Part shown: piece by piece, positions 21,655-31,157 of the stretch
Numbering within the stretch: position 1 is the stretch's first letter
How the letters are laid out: the number at the start of each line of letters is the position of its first letter
Assembly: GCA_964565775.1 (NCBI GenBank)
Contig: CAZMGB010000006.1
Span: forward strand, 82,941 to 146,940
Origin: an uncultured Dehalococcoidia bacterium
GTDB taxonomy: Bacteria > Chloroflexota > Dehalococcoidia > DSTF01 > JALHUB01
Direction: 5' to 3'
Length of the DNA: 64,000 nt
Notes under the pieces: model-generated
The model's input: the letters and a program-made list of their open reading frames with translations, nothing else
Told to the model about the DNA's origin: nothing
Database searches by the model: none
Made by a program: the position numbers and the translations under genes

Positions 21655-22122
21655 GCCTGGTCCGGTGTGCCTCCCATGTGCTGTGACGAAGATGCGAGAT
21701 ACGGCTCACCCTCGCCACCGCTGGTTGGCACGACCAGGCCGTCGCCAGGGCCGCGTGAGCACCTACATCAATCATCGGCCGCAGTCCGCTCTACCCGTAT
21801 CGGTTGAGGCCTATCATAAGAAAAATATCTCCAAAGCCGTCTCGCGGTCAATCCCAGCGACGGGCCAGGGGGCCACGCTAGCCCCATGACCGACGCCTTT
21901 TCGCGCCCAGGCTGGACTAACGGCAGCCTACGCGAAGAATGCCACGATTACCTTCAACGCACGGGGATGGGGACGGCTTCCTCCGGCTCGCGAGCGCGGC
22001 GGGGCTGTCCGACGCGAGCCCCGAGAATGCTAGAACCGTGCCCTTTGTCTCGTGCCAACCACCGCCGGCAGCCTGACCACCTTCGCGTTGCCGTCCGACC
22101 AGGAATCAGCCAGAGAATGAGC

Positions 22123-23475
22123 CTACTCTCCGAATGCGGCCTTGACACGCGCCAGTATCGCGTCCAGGTCACCGCCGGCAACGTAGTCCTGGACACCTTG
22201 GAACACCGCGGTCTGCGCCTGCGAAGGCATGGCATCGTCGAGGTCGAACCGGAAGACCGCATCCGGACTGCTTAGCTGCGCGGCGATGGCGCGATCCAGG
22301 TCGTTCGGATAGACGTCCAGCGAGACGTCCTTGTTGACGGAGAGGAAGCCTCCCGCCGCTGCCCAGATCTCCTGCGCCTGGGCGCTGGCGACGTACTCCA
22401 TGAACGAGCATGTCGTGGCATCGCTGTTGAACATCACTGCTATGTTGCCGTCGCCCGTCACCGCGCCGGCGTACTCCGGGGTGATGCTGGGGAAGGGAAA
22501 GAAGTCGTAGTCCTCGCCCGCGACCAAGCCCTCTGGAAAGCCCAGAGTCGGGTCGGTGATGAAGCCCGAATTGAAGGCGCCGAGGTAGTGCATGAACGCC
22601 CCCGGAGGGTCGGTGAACAGAGGAAGGCTGCCCTTCGAATACGTCGTTGTGAGAATGACGTTTGGACCTCCCAGAGCGTACCCCTCCGTATGGACTATCT
22701 TGCCGTACTTCTCCCAAGCTGCCTTGACCCGCTCATCCGTGTAAGGGATCGCGCCCGTCGCCACCTGGTCGTAGACATCGGGGCCGGATTCCCTGATCAG
22801 GAACTCCTGGATGAAGTCGGAGCCCGGGAAGCCCGTGCCGCCGTCGGCGAACTCAGCGACGGACCAGGGCGTGTTGCCGTCGGCCACCATCTGGTCGGAT
22901 AGGGCGATCAGCTCATCGTAGGTAGAGGGCACCTCATAGCCGTTGGCGGCGAAGGCCTTGGGGCTATACCAGATCTGGCCCTTGGAGCCGGCCTTGAAGA
23001 AGAAACCGTAGATCTCGCCGTCAATGGTGACATCACTAAGCGATTCGCCGTAGGCGGCCTTCAGCGCGTTCAGGTCGATGTTCGAGCACGCGCTAAGGGG
23101 CACAAGCTCTCCCGCCGCCTGCAGCTCCTTGAAGAACCCCAGGCTGGCCGGGAAGTAGACGTCGGGCGGGTTGCCGCCCTTGACGCGGGTGTTGATGAGC
23201 TCCACGTCGTCGCGGGTACCGACGTAGGCCAGGCCGCCTCCCGTCGCATCCTCCCACGGCGCCACCACCGCCCTGAAACTGGCCTCCTCCTCGGCGCTCC
23301 AGAGGCCGACGACGTCAACCGTGCCCATCCCTTCGACCGGCGTGACCTCAGCGCCGGGTGTCTCCGCGACAGGTGTCGTCCCCTGTTCCTTCTCCCCCTC
23401 TCCGCAGGCGGTGAAGGTCAGGAGGCCGGCTGCAAGAGCGACCGCAAGAATCCAGAGTCGTCGCATGTGGAGCAC
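22123..23475 (-). CDS. ABC transporter substrate-binding lipoprotein (family 1, carbohydrate)
   Basis: 450 aa. It has a signal peptide with a lipobox (LTFTAC) and the SBP_bac_1 fold. It is co-directional with, and 20 nt downstream of, the enoyl-CoA hydratase gene. Confidence 0.75.
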   Translation of the reverse strand: MLHMRRLWILAVALAAGLLTFTACGEGEKEQGTTPVAETPGAEVTPVEGMGTVDVVGLWSAEEEASFRAVVAPWEDATGGGLAYVGTRDDVELINTRVKGGNPPDVYFPASLGFFKELQAAGELVPLSACSNIDLNALKAAYGESLSDVTIDGEIYGFFFKAGSKGQIWYSPKAFAANGYEVPSTYDELIALSDQMVADGNTPWSVAEFADGGTGFPGSDFIQEFLIRESGPDVYDQVATGAIPYTDERVKAAWEKYGKIVHTEGYALGGPNVILTTTYSKGSLPLFTDPPGAFMHYLGAFNSGFITDPTLGFPEGLVAGEDYDFFPFPSITPEYAGAVTGDGNIAVMFNSDATTCSFMEYVASAQAQEIWAAAGGFLSVNKDVSLDVYPNDLDRAIAAQLSSPDAVFRFDLDDAMPSQAQTAVFQGVQDYVAGGDLDAILARVKAAFGE

Positions 23476-23494
23476 TGCTGGTCTCCTTTCCCTG

Positions 23495-24298
23495 CTATCT
23501 GCCCTGGAACCGGGCCGGGCGCTTCTCGATGAAGGAGCGCACGCCCTCCTTGAAGTCCTCGGTCTGGAAGAGCGGCAGGAGCTGGAGGAAGACGTGGTGG
23601 ACGTTAGCCTCGAACGTCTCCTCCAGGCCCAGGCGCATCATCCGCTTTGTGGCCTGAACAGCGAGAGGCGCGTTGGCGGCTATCTCCGCCGCGACCTCCT
23701 GAGTGACCGGCATGAGCTGGTCGGGCTCGACGACGCGGTTCACCAGACCCAGCTCAAGCGACTCCTGAGCGCTCAGGGTCATCCCGCAGAACGCCACTTC
23801 CGAGGCCTTCGCCCAGCCGATGAGCCTCGGCAACAGCCAGCTACCGCCGCTCTCGGGCAGGATGCCCCGCTTCGTGAACACGGCCGCCAGCTTCGCCTCG
23901 CTGGAGGCGATGCGGATGTCGCAACCGAGCGCCAGGTCCATCCCGTAGCCGGCGGCAGCGCCGTTTAGGGCGCAGATGACGGGCTTGTCCGTCGTATGGA
24001 GGACGACCGGGGGACTGCCCGCCAGGTCGAAGCGGGTGGCCGCGAGGCCTCCACCGTCAGCGCCGATCCCGGTGCTGGCGGCCTGATCCTTCAGGTCGAG
24101 CCCGGCGCAAAACCCACGACCGGCGCCCGTCATAACAATGACGCGCACCTCGCGGTCGAGATCGGCGTCCCGCAGGGCTTTGCTGAGGGACACGAGCATC
24201 GGCAGGCTGATGGCGTTCAGACGCTCGGGCCGGTTGAGGGTGATCGTTGCAACGCCCCCGGCCACCTCGTACAGCAGATCAACGTAGTCAGACATCAC
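23495..24298 (-). CDS. Enoyl-CoA hydratase/isomerase (crotonase) family
   Basis: 267 aa. Crotonase motifs GAGRGFCAGLDL and ALNGAAAGYGMDLAL. Confidence 0.9.
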   Translation of the reverse strand: MMSDYVDLLYEVAGGVATITLNRPERLNAISLPMLVSLSKALRDADLDREVRVIVMTGAGRGFCAGLDLKDQAASTGIGADGGGLAATRFDLAGSPPVVLHTTDKPVICALNGAAAGYGMDLALGCDIRIASSEAKLAAVFTKRGILPESGGSWLLPRLIGWAKASEVAFCGMTLSAQESLELGLVNRVVEPDQLMPVTQEVAAEIAANAPLAVQATKRMMRLGLEETFEANVHHVFLQLLPLFQTEDFKEGVRSFIEKRPARFQGR

Positions 24299-24615
24299 GC
24301 ACCTCTCTCCGGGCCGGCGCGAGGTCCCGGCCCCCAGATACAGTCTTCACCACAGTCCGTAAGGTTGGAGCGGGGGACGGGACTCGCCCGGACAGGCAGG
24401 CCCGGACCCGCGACAACCTGCTTGGAAGAAGAAGGGTTACGCCTCCGAATCATGTCGGCCCGTCCCGGCCCTCTCCTTTCGCGACGGCCGGCCCGTCGCC
24501 TCTACTAGACACTACCGCAGACGTGCGTCTGGGGAAACCGGCTTTGCTCGGCGAAGAGCAGGCCAGCGGTCTTCTCGCACTCGATGTGGCGGACGGACCA
24601 TGCGGGAGCCACCGC

Positions 24616-26154
24616 TCAGCCATCGGCCGCTTCGTCTCCTGACGGTGCGAAGGCGGGGGCAGGAACGGGGGCCTGGATTTGTTGCGGCCCTCGCAGCGCC
24701 GAGAACAGAATGCCGATCAGCAACACGGCCATCGCACCATACATGGCGACATGGACGCCGTCGAGGAAGATGGGCGTCACCTCCCCCCTTATTGCAGGGT
24801 TGTTGACGGCCCCCTGAAGGCTTCCTTCGAACCCCTGCGACACCAGCCGCGAGGTGACGAGCGTACCCCACAGGGTGATGCCCAGCGAGCTTCCCGCGTT
24901 GCGCATAGTCGCAATGAAGCCGGATGCCACGCCGTACTGCTCACGTGGCACGGAGCCGAAGATGAAGCTGTTGTTGGGGGACTGGAACATACCAAAGCCC
25001 AGCCCCAGGAGAATCAACGTGCCAATGATGGGAGCGTAACCCTGGTCGGCGGTGGTGACCTGGGAGAGAAGGAATAGACCCGCCAGCGACATCGACAGGC
25101 CGGCTGTGGCGAGACCGCGCGAGCCGTAGCGGTCGGACCAGCGACCGCTGAGCGGCGCGATCAGGGCCATGGCGAAGGGCACCGTCGTCAAGAGAACACC
25201 CGCGGTCCGGGCGCTGAGCGCCAGCGCAATCTGGAGGTAGAACGGCATGAGAAAGGTGCTCGCCTGCTGAGCGACGAACGACGAGAAGCTGGCGGTGCAG
25301 CCCGCCGAGAAGCCCCAGATGCGGAAGAGGCTCAGGCGAATCGTGGGGTATGCGTTCTTGAGCTCGACAGCCACGAAGACGACCACCAAGACAAGGCTGG
25401 CGGCGAACATGGCCAGGAGAGCCGGCGAGCTCCAGCCGATGTCCGGGCCGCGGTTCAGCGCGAACAGGAGCATGAAGAGGAAGGCAGCCCAGAGAGCCGC
25501 GCCCAGCAAGTCGAAGGGTTCGCGCCTCGCGCCACGGCCAAGGGAGATGCGCTCTTCCCTCAAGACCAGAGACGCGAAAGGAATGGACAGCAGCCCGACG
25601 GGCATGGCGACGAAGAAGATGGAGCGCCAGCCCAGCGCATCGGTCAGCACGCCGCCGATAGTGGGGCCGGTCACGAGCCCGGCGGCCACGATCGTCCCGT
25701 TGAGCCCAAGGGCCTTGCCCCGCTCTTCCGGCGGGAAGACGGCCGCGGTGATCGCGGCGCCGTTGGCCTGGATCATGGCGCCGCCGACGCCGGTCAGGGC
25801 CCGCGCCAGGATGAGCTCGGTGACGCTGTGGGAGAGGCCCGCCAGCACGTTGCCCGCGGTGAATACGACGAAGCCTGCGATGTAGACTCTCTTGCGCCCC
25901 ATGAGATCAGCAAGGCGCCCGAAGGTCAGGAGGAGGGAGGTGATCGAGAGCAGGTAGGCCAGCACAACCCACTGGATCGCGCTCAGGTCTGCGTGCAGGT
26001 CGCCCATGATGCGGGGCAAGGAGATGTTGACGATGCTGATGTCCAGGGTGGACATGAAGACGCCAACAGAAACGGCGGCGAGGGCCCACCACTTGTGTTG
26101 GGGGCCCTCGGCGGCGCGTCCAATCCTCCGCATCAAATCGACGGGGTTTCGCAT
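24616..26154 (-). CDS. MFS transporter, DHA2 (EmrB/QacA, 14-TMS) drug:H+ antiporter family
   Basis: 512 aa with 14 predicted TM helices. The motif GRLADLMGRKRVY is present. Confidence 0.85.
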   Translation of the reverse strand: MRNPVDLMRRIGRAAEGPQHKWWALAAVSVGVFMSTLDISIVNISLPRIMGDLHADLSAIQWVVLAYLLSITSLLLTFGRLADLMGRKRVYIAGFVVFTAGNVLAGLSHSVTELILARALTGVGGAMIQANGAAITAAVFPPEERGKALGLNGTIVAAGLVTGPTIGGVLTDALGWRSIFFVAMPVGLLSIPFASLVLREERISLGRGARREPFDLLGAALWAAFLFMLLFALNRGPDIGWSSPALLAMFAASLVLVVVFVAVELKNAYPTIRLSLFRIWGFSAGCTASFSSFVAQQASTFLMPFYLQIALALSARTAGVLLTTVPFAMALIAPLSGRWSDRYGSRGLATAGLSMSLAGLFLLSQVTTADQGYAPIIGTLILLGLGFGMFQSPNNSFIFGSVPREQYGVASGFIATMRNAGSSLGITLWGTLVTSRLVSQGFEGSLQGAVNNPAIRGEVTPIFLDGVHVAMYGAMAVLLIGILFSALRGPQQIQAPVPAPAFAPSGDEAADG

Positions 26155-26303
26155 CCGAGTCTCGCTAGCACACCGGCGAAGCTGGTCTCACTTCCTGGCC
26201 ATAGTCGCAGGCGAGAAGCCCGCTGTGCAAGAAGGCCTGCGGCGCCCTCTTCGTCCAGAGTAGGGACTGCCATGGGTGAGTCGGAAGAGGGCAGAAGTGA
26301 ATG

Positions 26304-26378
26304 TGGAGCGGGGGACGGGACTCGAACCCGCGACAGCCTGCTTGGAAGGCAGGAGCTCTACCACTGAGCTACCCCCGC
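26304..26378 (-). tRNA. tRNA-Gly (anticodon UCC), 75 nt including encoded CCA
   Basis: The reverse complement GCGGGGGTAGCTCAGTGGTAGAGCTCCTGCCTTCCAAGCAGGCTGTCGCGGGTTCGAGTCCCGTCCCCCGCTCCA folds into a cloverleaf. It has a 7-bp acceptor stem, a D arm, the anticodon loop CTTCCAA (anticodon TCC) and a TTCGAGT T-loop. Confidence 0.85.
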
Positions 26379-26498
26379 TGGTGCCTCATTCTAGCATGGC
26401 GGCAAGCGGGCAACCAGAGCGATTCCGGCGCGAGGGCGCTGCCGGGGCCCGGTGTGCGGTCGCGGTCGCGTGGCCGACAGCGGCGCAGCGAGCTGGGA

Positions 26499-27374
26499 TC
26501 ACACGAGCCCGACTTGTTTTCGTTCGCCCTCGCTGAGAAGGTCAATTGCCATTATTTTGCCCGCTGAAGCGTGGTCCCTATCCGGCAGGAAGGCCAGGTG
26601 GAGTAGGGGATTCTTCTTCAGGTCTGGAACAAGTACCCAGTGCATGACCGCGATCTCACCCGAGTCGTAGCGTGATTGTCGCAAGAGTTGGGCAAGGAAC
26701 GCGAGATAGCCTCCTGGAAACGGCCGTCCGCCGCCTAAGGGGTCGGTGGGATCTGCAAGGCGGAGGATAACGCTGACCCACACGAAGATATCCGAAAACC
26801 TGTGGCCGCTGTAGAAGTGCCCAACTCTAGACTCACGTGTTAGGTTGAAAATGGCATCCACAGTGTAGGCAATAGTATCGTGTCGTAGAAACTTGTGGAT
26901 AGGCGAGTCGGCGGCAAGCTCGGCGTGGAGCCGTTGCAGGACTGCGCCTATGTGACTTCGGATGGCAGGGTGATCCTTCCAGATTAGCAGTATGTCTGTC
27001 GACGAACAGTCAGGGTGTTGGCAGCGTCCAGCTAGGAAGCGGGTAAGAGAACCGCCGCCCGGCGAGTCGGTCAAGATTATCGTCTTGTCTGGATAGAAGC
27101 CGCGAATAGAGGACGGTCCGGCAAGAGTAGCGGAGTCGGCCCAGGTGCCGCACAGAGGACAGATGCCGCGCAGGCTGTCCGTGACTTCTTTGACCAGTTC
27201 CTTACCGGAGAGGCGTCCGTCCATTAAGCGCTGGACAATTGCGTCGTAGTAGTTCGGGATGTCTAGAATGGCTATCCGGCTCCAGGTATGTCCGGATTGC
27301 ATGGATTGGAGAAAGTGAGATAGTTCGGAAGGCTTCCGTGGGGGAGTGGGCAGGGAAAAGGAATGAATGTCCAC
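26499..27374 (-). CDS. Hypothetical protein in a lower-GC islet bounded by tRNA-Gly repeats
   Basis: 291 aa with no recognised domain. Local GC is about 55-58%, against about 68% in the flanks. Confidence 0.4.
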   Translation of the reverse strand: MDIHSFSLPTPPRKPSELSHFLQSMQSGHTWSRIAILDIPNYYDAIVQRLMDGRLSGKELVKEVTDSLRGICPLCGTWADSATLAGPSSIRGFYPDKTIILTDSPGGGSLTRFLAGRCQHPDCSSTDILLIWKDHPAIRSHIGAVLQRLHAELAADSPIHKFLRHDTIAYTVDAIFNLTRESRVGHFYSGHRFSDIFVWVSVILRLADPTDPLGGGRPFPGGYLAFLAQLLRQSRYDSGEIAVMHWVLVPDLKKNPLLHLAFLPDRDHASAGKIMAIDLLSEGERKQVGLV

Positions 27375-27695
27375 TCTTCAGGCTCCGCTATGGCACAATC
27401 GCTTTGCGTCCGGGGCACACGGGAATTGTAATACAGATGTCAAGAGCGCGCCGTGTTTGGGGCTTGGTAGCGAAGGGGAGCCATGTCCATCGGCGGGTGG
27501 TCGGGATGTTTGCTGAGCCCAGCTCAGTCGCGTGGGGCGAAGATGCAGCCGCGACCGGGAGGTGGAGAGCGCCAGAAGCCGACCGGGGATGGGGGGCCAG
27601 CTATGGTGTGTTGGAGCGGGCGGTGAATGCTTGATAACTGTGGCCATTTCGGTTTGGGGTGCGCATTCCGGGGCTCAGCGCAGATGTTCGGATGT

Positions 27696-27732
27696 TTGGA
27701 AGGCAGGAGCTCTACCACTGAGCTACCCCCGC
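27696..27732 (-). repeat. Direct repeat: copy of the tRNA-Gly 5' half (nt 1-37, 5' end through anticodon loop) plus about 20 nt of diverged upstream flank
   Basis: The 37 nt here are identical to 26342..26378. The similarity continues in diverged form (ctcattctagcatgg against ctctattctagcacgg) into the 5' flank. This is a truncated tRNA pseudo-copy or an att-like repeat. Confidence 0.7.
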
Positions 27733-27955
27733 TCGGCCTCTATTCTAGCACGGACGACGTACTCCAGCGCGCTCCTGCCACCGATCCCGGCACCTCCGAC
27801 GGCAGCTTGACACACCCAAACGCTTCCCGCACACTACCGCACGAACAACCGTCACATATAGCCGTCGTGGTAATCGACTGCCCGCTCGCAGCCGGCCAAG
27901 ACCGCCGCAAGCGACCGGAGCGACGCCGCGGCATGAGCGCAAGGAGGACAGTGCA

Positions 27956-29203
27956 ATGGTGGGATCGCTCAGGCACCGGCGAATGGGCTTTCGTTCCGGC
28001 ACGGGGAGGGCCGGGCGACGAGCCAGGCGGGCGATCCTGGCCGGCGTCGCCCTGTGCCTCATCTCCGTGGTCGGCGTTTCCTGCGGCGGTTCGTCCGAGA
28101 CCGTCTCGCCCTCAGCAACCGCGGGGCCCCCAGCGACCGCGTCGCCAACGGCGCCGTCGAATACGGTCTGGCTGTGCCGTCCGGGGCTCGCCGACAACCC
28201 CTGCGAGAGCGATCTCACGACTACGGTGGTGCCCGCCGACGGCTCGAGCACGACTGAGGCAGCGGCTCCGGCGGAGGACCCGCCGATCGACTGCTTCTAC
28301 GTGTACCCGACGGTCAGCGAGCAGCAGACAGAGAATGCCAACCTCAACATCGACCCGGAGGAGAGGACAGTGGCCATCCTGCAGGCGGCCCGCTTCTCGC
28401 AGGTATGTAAGGTGTACGCCCCGATGTACCGGCAGTACACCCTGTCGGCGATCGCCAAACCGCGTGAGAACAGGTCGGCAACCGTCGACCTGGCCTACAA
28501 CGACGTGCTCTCGGCCTGGCAGGACTATCTCGCCCACTACAACGACGACCGGGGGGTCGTCCTCATCGGCCACTCCCAGGGAGCGGGGATGCTGACCCGG
28601 CTGATCGCGTCCGAGATCGATCCCAACCCGGACGTGCTTCGTCGGCTTGTCTCGGCGCTGCTCTTCGGCGGCAACGTGGAGGTTGCCGTCGGTCAGGATG
28701 TAGGCGGCGACTTCCAGAACGTCCCCGCCTGTCGGTCTGCCGATCAGACAGGCTGTGTGGTCGCCTACTCAAGCTTCCTCGAGGCGCCGCCGCCCGACAG
28801 CGGCTTCGGCAGGGTGGGGGTCGGCCCGCGGGCGACCGAGCAAGCCGATGGGAATCTAGAGGTGCTCTGCGTCAATCCGGCCTCACTCTCTGGGGGAACG
28901 GGGGCACTGCTGCCCTACTTCTTGGCCACTCCGCTCCCCGTAGTGTTTGGTAGCAAGCTGATCGGAACACCGTCCGCGCCAACGCCGTGGCTGGCCTACC
29001 CCGGCCTCTACACCGCCCGCTGCGAGAGCTCCGGCGGCGCCGACTGGCTACAGGTCGACACCACGAACATCGCCGGCGACGAGAGGTGGGTGGCGCAACA
29101 GGTGCTGGGGCCGACGTGGGGGCTGCACCTCGTCGATATCAACATCGCGCTCGGCAACCTGGTGGACCTCGTTCGCCAGCAGACGGCTGCGTTCTCGCAG
29201 TGA
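27956..29203 (+). CDS. DUF3089-like alpha/beta-hydrolase lipoprotein
   Basis: 415 aa. It has a signal peptide plus a lipobox (GVSC), the esterase-like motif GHSQGAG, and a Pro/Ala/Thr-rich linker after the lipobox. Confidence 0.6.
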   Translation: MVGSLRHRRMGFRSGTGRAGRRARRAILAGVALCLISVVGVSCGGSSETVSPSATAGPPATASPTAPSNTVWLCRPGLADNPCESDLTTTVVPADGSSTTEAAAPAEDPPIDCFYVYPTVSEQQTENANLNIDPEERTVAILQAARFSQVCKVYAPMYRQYTLSAIAKPRENRSATVDLAYNDVLSAWQDYLAHYNDDRGVVLIGHSQGAGMLTRLIASEIDPNPDVLRRLVSALLFGGNVEVAVGQDVGGDFQNVPACRSADQTGCVVAYSSFLEAPPPDSGFGRVGVGPRATEQADGNLEVLCVNPASLSGGTGALLPYFLATPLPVVFGSKLIGTPSAPTPWLAYPGLYTARCESSGGADWLQVDTTNIAGDERWVAQQVLGPTWGLHLVDINIALGNLVDLVRQQTAAFSQ

Positions 29204-29311
29204 TCTGATCCGCTGCTTCAACGCCCTCGGCGAACATGCGCCCGCCGGTGGGCGTCGGCCAGGGCGCGGGCAGGAGTCGCCGTCACGCCGGCCCGGCATG
29301 CCGTCGCTTGT

Positions 29312-30481
29312 TCAGGCCGTAGCAGACGCCGTCGGAGTCGGCGTTGACTGTGGGTTGGGTGCCCACGTATACGGCGGCCTGGGCACGGGAGTAGCTGCTG
29401 GCGGCTTCCCCCCCGCATTGCGGAGACGGGCCCGGACATCCGGCAACTTGGCCGCGGTCTCCGGGTCATTGAAGCTGCCTCGGTGGAGCGTCAGGTAGTC
29501 GATCTGGTAGCCCCGGCTGAAGATGTCGTCGATCAGCTCATCAAACCCCTCGCCGGTGCGTGGATATGCCGCGATCTCCATGGCGATCTTCGTCTTGTCC
29601 TGGTACGCCTGGAAGATGTCCACCACATCCCCAACGAAGCGACCGCTGTTCTGCTGGAGATACATGCCCTTGTCGACGGCATACGCCGAGGCGTCCTCCA
29701 TGATGTTCCAGCCGATGAAGTTGATCATGAGGGCCAGCTCAGTGTGCGGGAAAGCGTCGTGCCAGCGGTCAATCCAGTACTTCACAGTGGAGAGGTTCTC
29801 TTCAGGTGTCCAGTCCGGGGGCCTGAACTCGGCCGGCGAGGCCCATACCATCTCACCGTATTCGCCCATGCCGGCGTTCGTCTGGAAGTACTCGATACGC
29901 GGATCACCGTCGTAGCGAGAGCCAAGTGCTTTCAAGAATGCGCCGAACTTCGCTGTGAATACCGGGTCCGTCGGCACCGGTTGCCTCATGCCGTTGTCGC
30001 GCGAAAACTCAGTGTTGTAGTACCACTCCGCTCCCGCATCGAACACCCAGCTTGGCGTAGCCTGCCCAAAGCCTGCGACGTTCGTATAAACGCGGGGGAT
30101 GGCCGTCTTGCCTGCGCTCGCGGCGGCCTCAAGAGCCTGGTCGAGCGCATCCCAGTTGTACGCGCCCTCCTGGGGCTCCAGCGTGGCCCAGTAGAAGAGG
30201 GGGTTCGGGCCGGCTGCGTAGGGGCTGGTGTAGCCTGGGCCGGACATGAGCGCATCGAAGACAAACAGGCCCGAGCCGGCATTGGTGGAAAGGTGCCCCA
30301 TCCCGTGGAATTCGTAGATGATCAGGCCGAGAACCAGGACGGCCAGCGTTCGGACGGGGATGCGGGACGCTGCGCCGGTGACGATAATGCGAAGCCTCTG
30401 GCCGCCGAGCGCGGTATAACGGGGCCAGTGACGCTCGCGGTTCTGTTCGCCCAATGCTCGCCCATTGTCGCGATGCCTCAT
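29312..30481 (-). CDS. Membrane-anchored TIM-barrel glycoside-hydrolase-like protein (family not resolved)
   Basis: 389 aa with an N-terminal TM helix. The catalytic-looking region resembles GH (beta-galactosidase/cellulase-type) barrels, and there is a C-terminal Pro/Thr tail. This is a low-confidence functional call. Confidence 0.35.
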   Translation of the reverse strand: MRHRDNGRALGEQNRERHWPRYTALGGQRLRIIVTGAASRIPVRTLAVLVLGLIIYEFHGMGHLSTNAGSGLFVFDALMSGPGYTSPYAAGPNPLFYWATLEPQEGAYNWDALDQALEAAASAGKTAIPRVYTNVAGFGQATPSWVFDAGAEWYYNTEFSRDNGMRQPVPTDPVFTAKFGAFLKALGSRYDGDPRIEYFQTNAGMGEYGEMVWASPAEFRPPDWTPEENLSTVKYWIDRWHDAFPHTELALMINFIGWNIMEDASAYAVDKGMYLQQNSGRFVGDVVDIFQAYQDKTKIAMEIAAYPRTGEGFDELIDDIFSRGYQIDYLTLHRGSFNDPETAAKLPDVRARLRNAGGKPPAATPVPRPPYTWAPNPQSTPTPTASATA

Positions 30482-31157
30482 TGGGAGCTACCTCGCCCTT
30501 GGCGCGTCCCGGCCAGCGACTGAGCAGCGGCGGAGCAACTCAGCCCTACCCTGCCCATGAGGGCGATTGCAGGCTCGCTCGCCAGCGACCAACGAGGCGG
30601 GACTCAGCGCGCCGCATCGCTTGGGACGGGGCCAGTACGGGCATGTCGTGACGTGGTCAACAAGTGCACAGCCCTCGACCGTCCCGCGGTTGGCGCCTGC
30701 CATGCCAGGGTAGCCAAGCCCACCCTGGCCGCTTCGGGGTCGACGTTCCCGGACCGCCGGTGGTGTGAGCACCGGCGATCCCTTCACGCCCGTAATGGCA
30801 GACTACTCCTGGCCAGAGGAGTTGTCAAGAGTAGCAGGCTAATGGCCTCGATGGCCCTGCGTCGTTGTCTGAGCACAGGTAGTGGAGAACGCCTGTCTGA
30901 TGCGAGTATCCCATTCCTCCATGCCGGGCCAGGCGGCCTCCCACTCGTACTCGGGGCCGGGTGACTCAGGATGTCAAGCCTGCAAATGGAGCACGGGCGC
31001 CATGCCGTGACGCCCGCTTCTTTCCTGGAGATGGGAAGCATCGAGTGTGATGCGCTTGAAGAATCCGAGACAAGGGAGTAGTGTAACCCTCGCATCGGCA
31101 GAGGAACAGCCTCATCAACCGGAAAGTGGCGACGATTCCTAGGGATAGGAGGCGAAC

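Noticed and set aside
26276-26567. ORFs 26276..26536 and 26301..26567 (+)
   Set aside because: They overlap and are antisense to the clearly folding tRNA-Gly. There is no coding signal.
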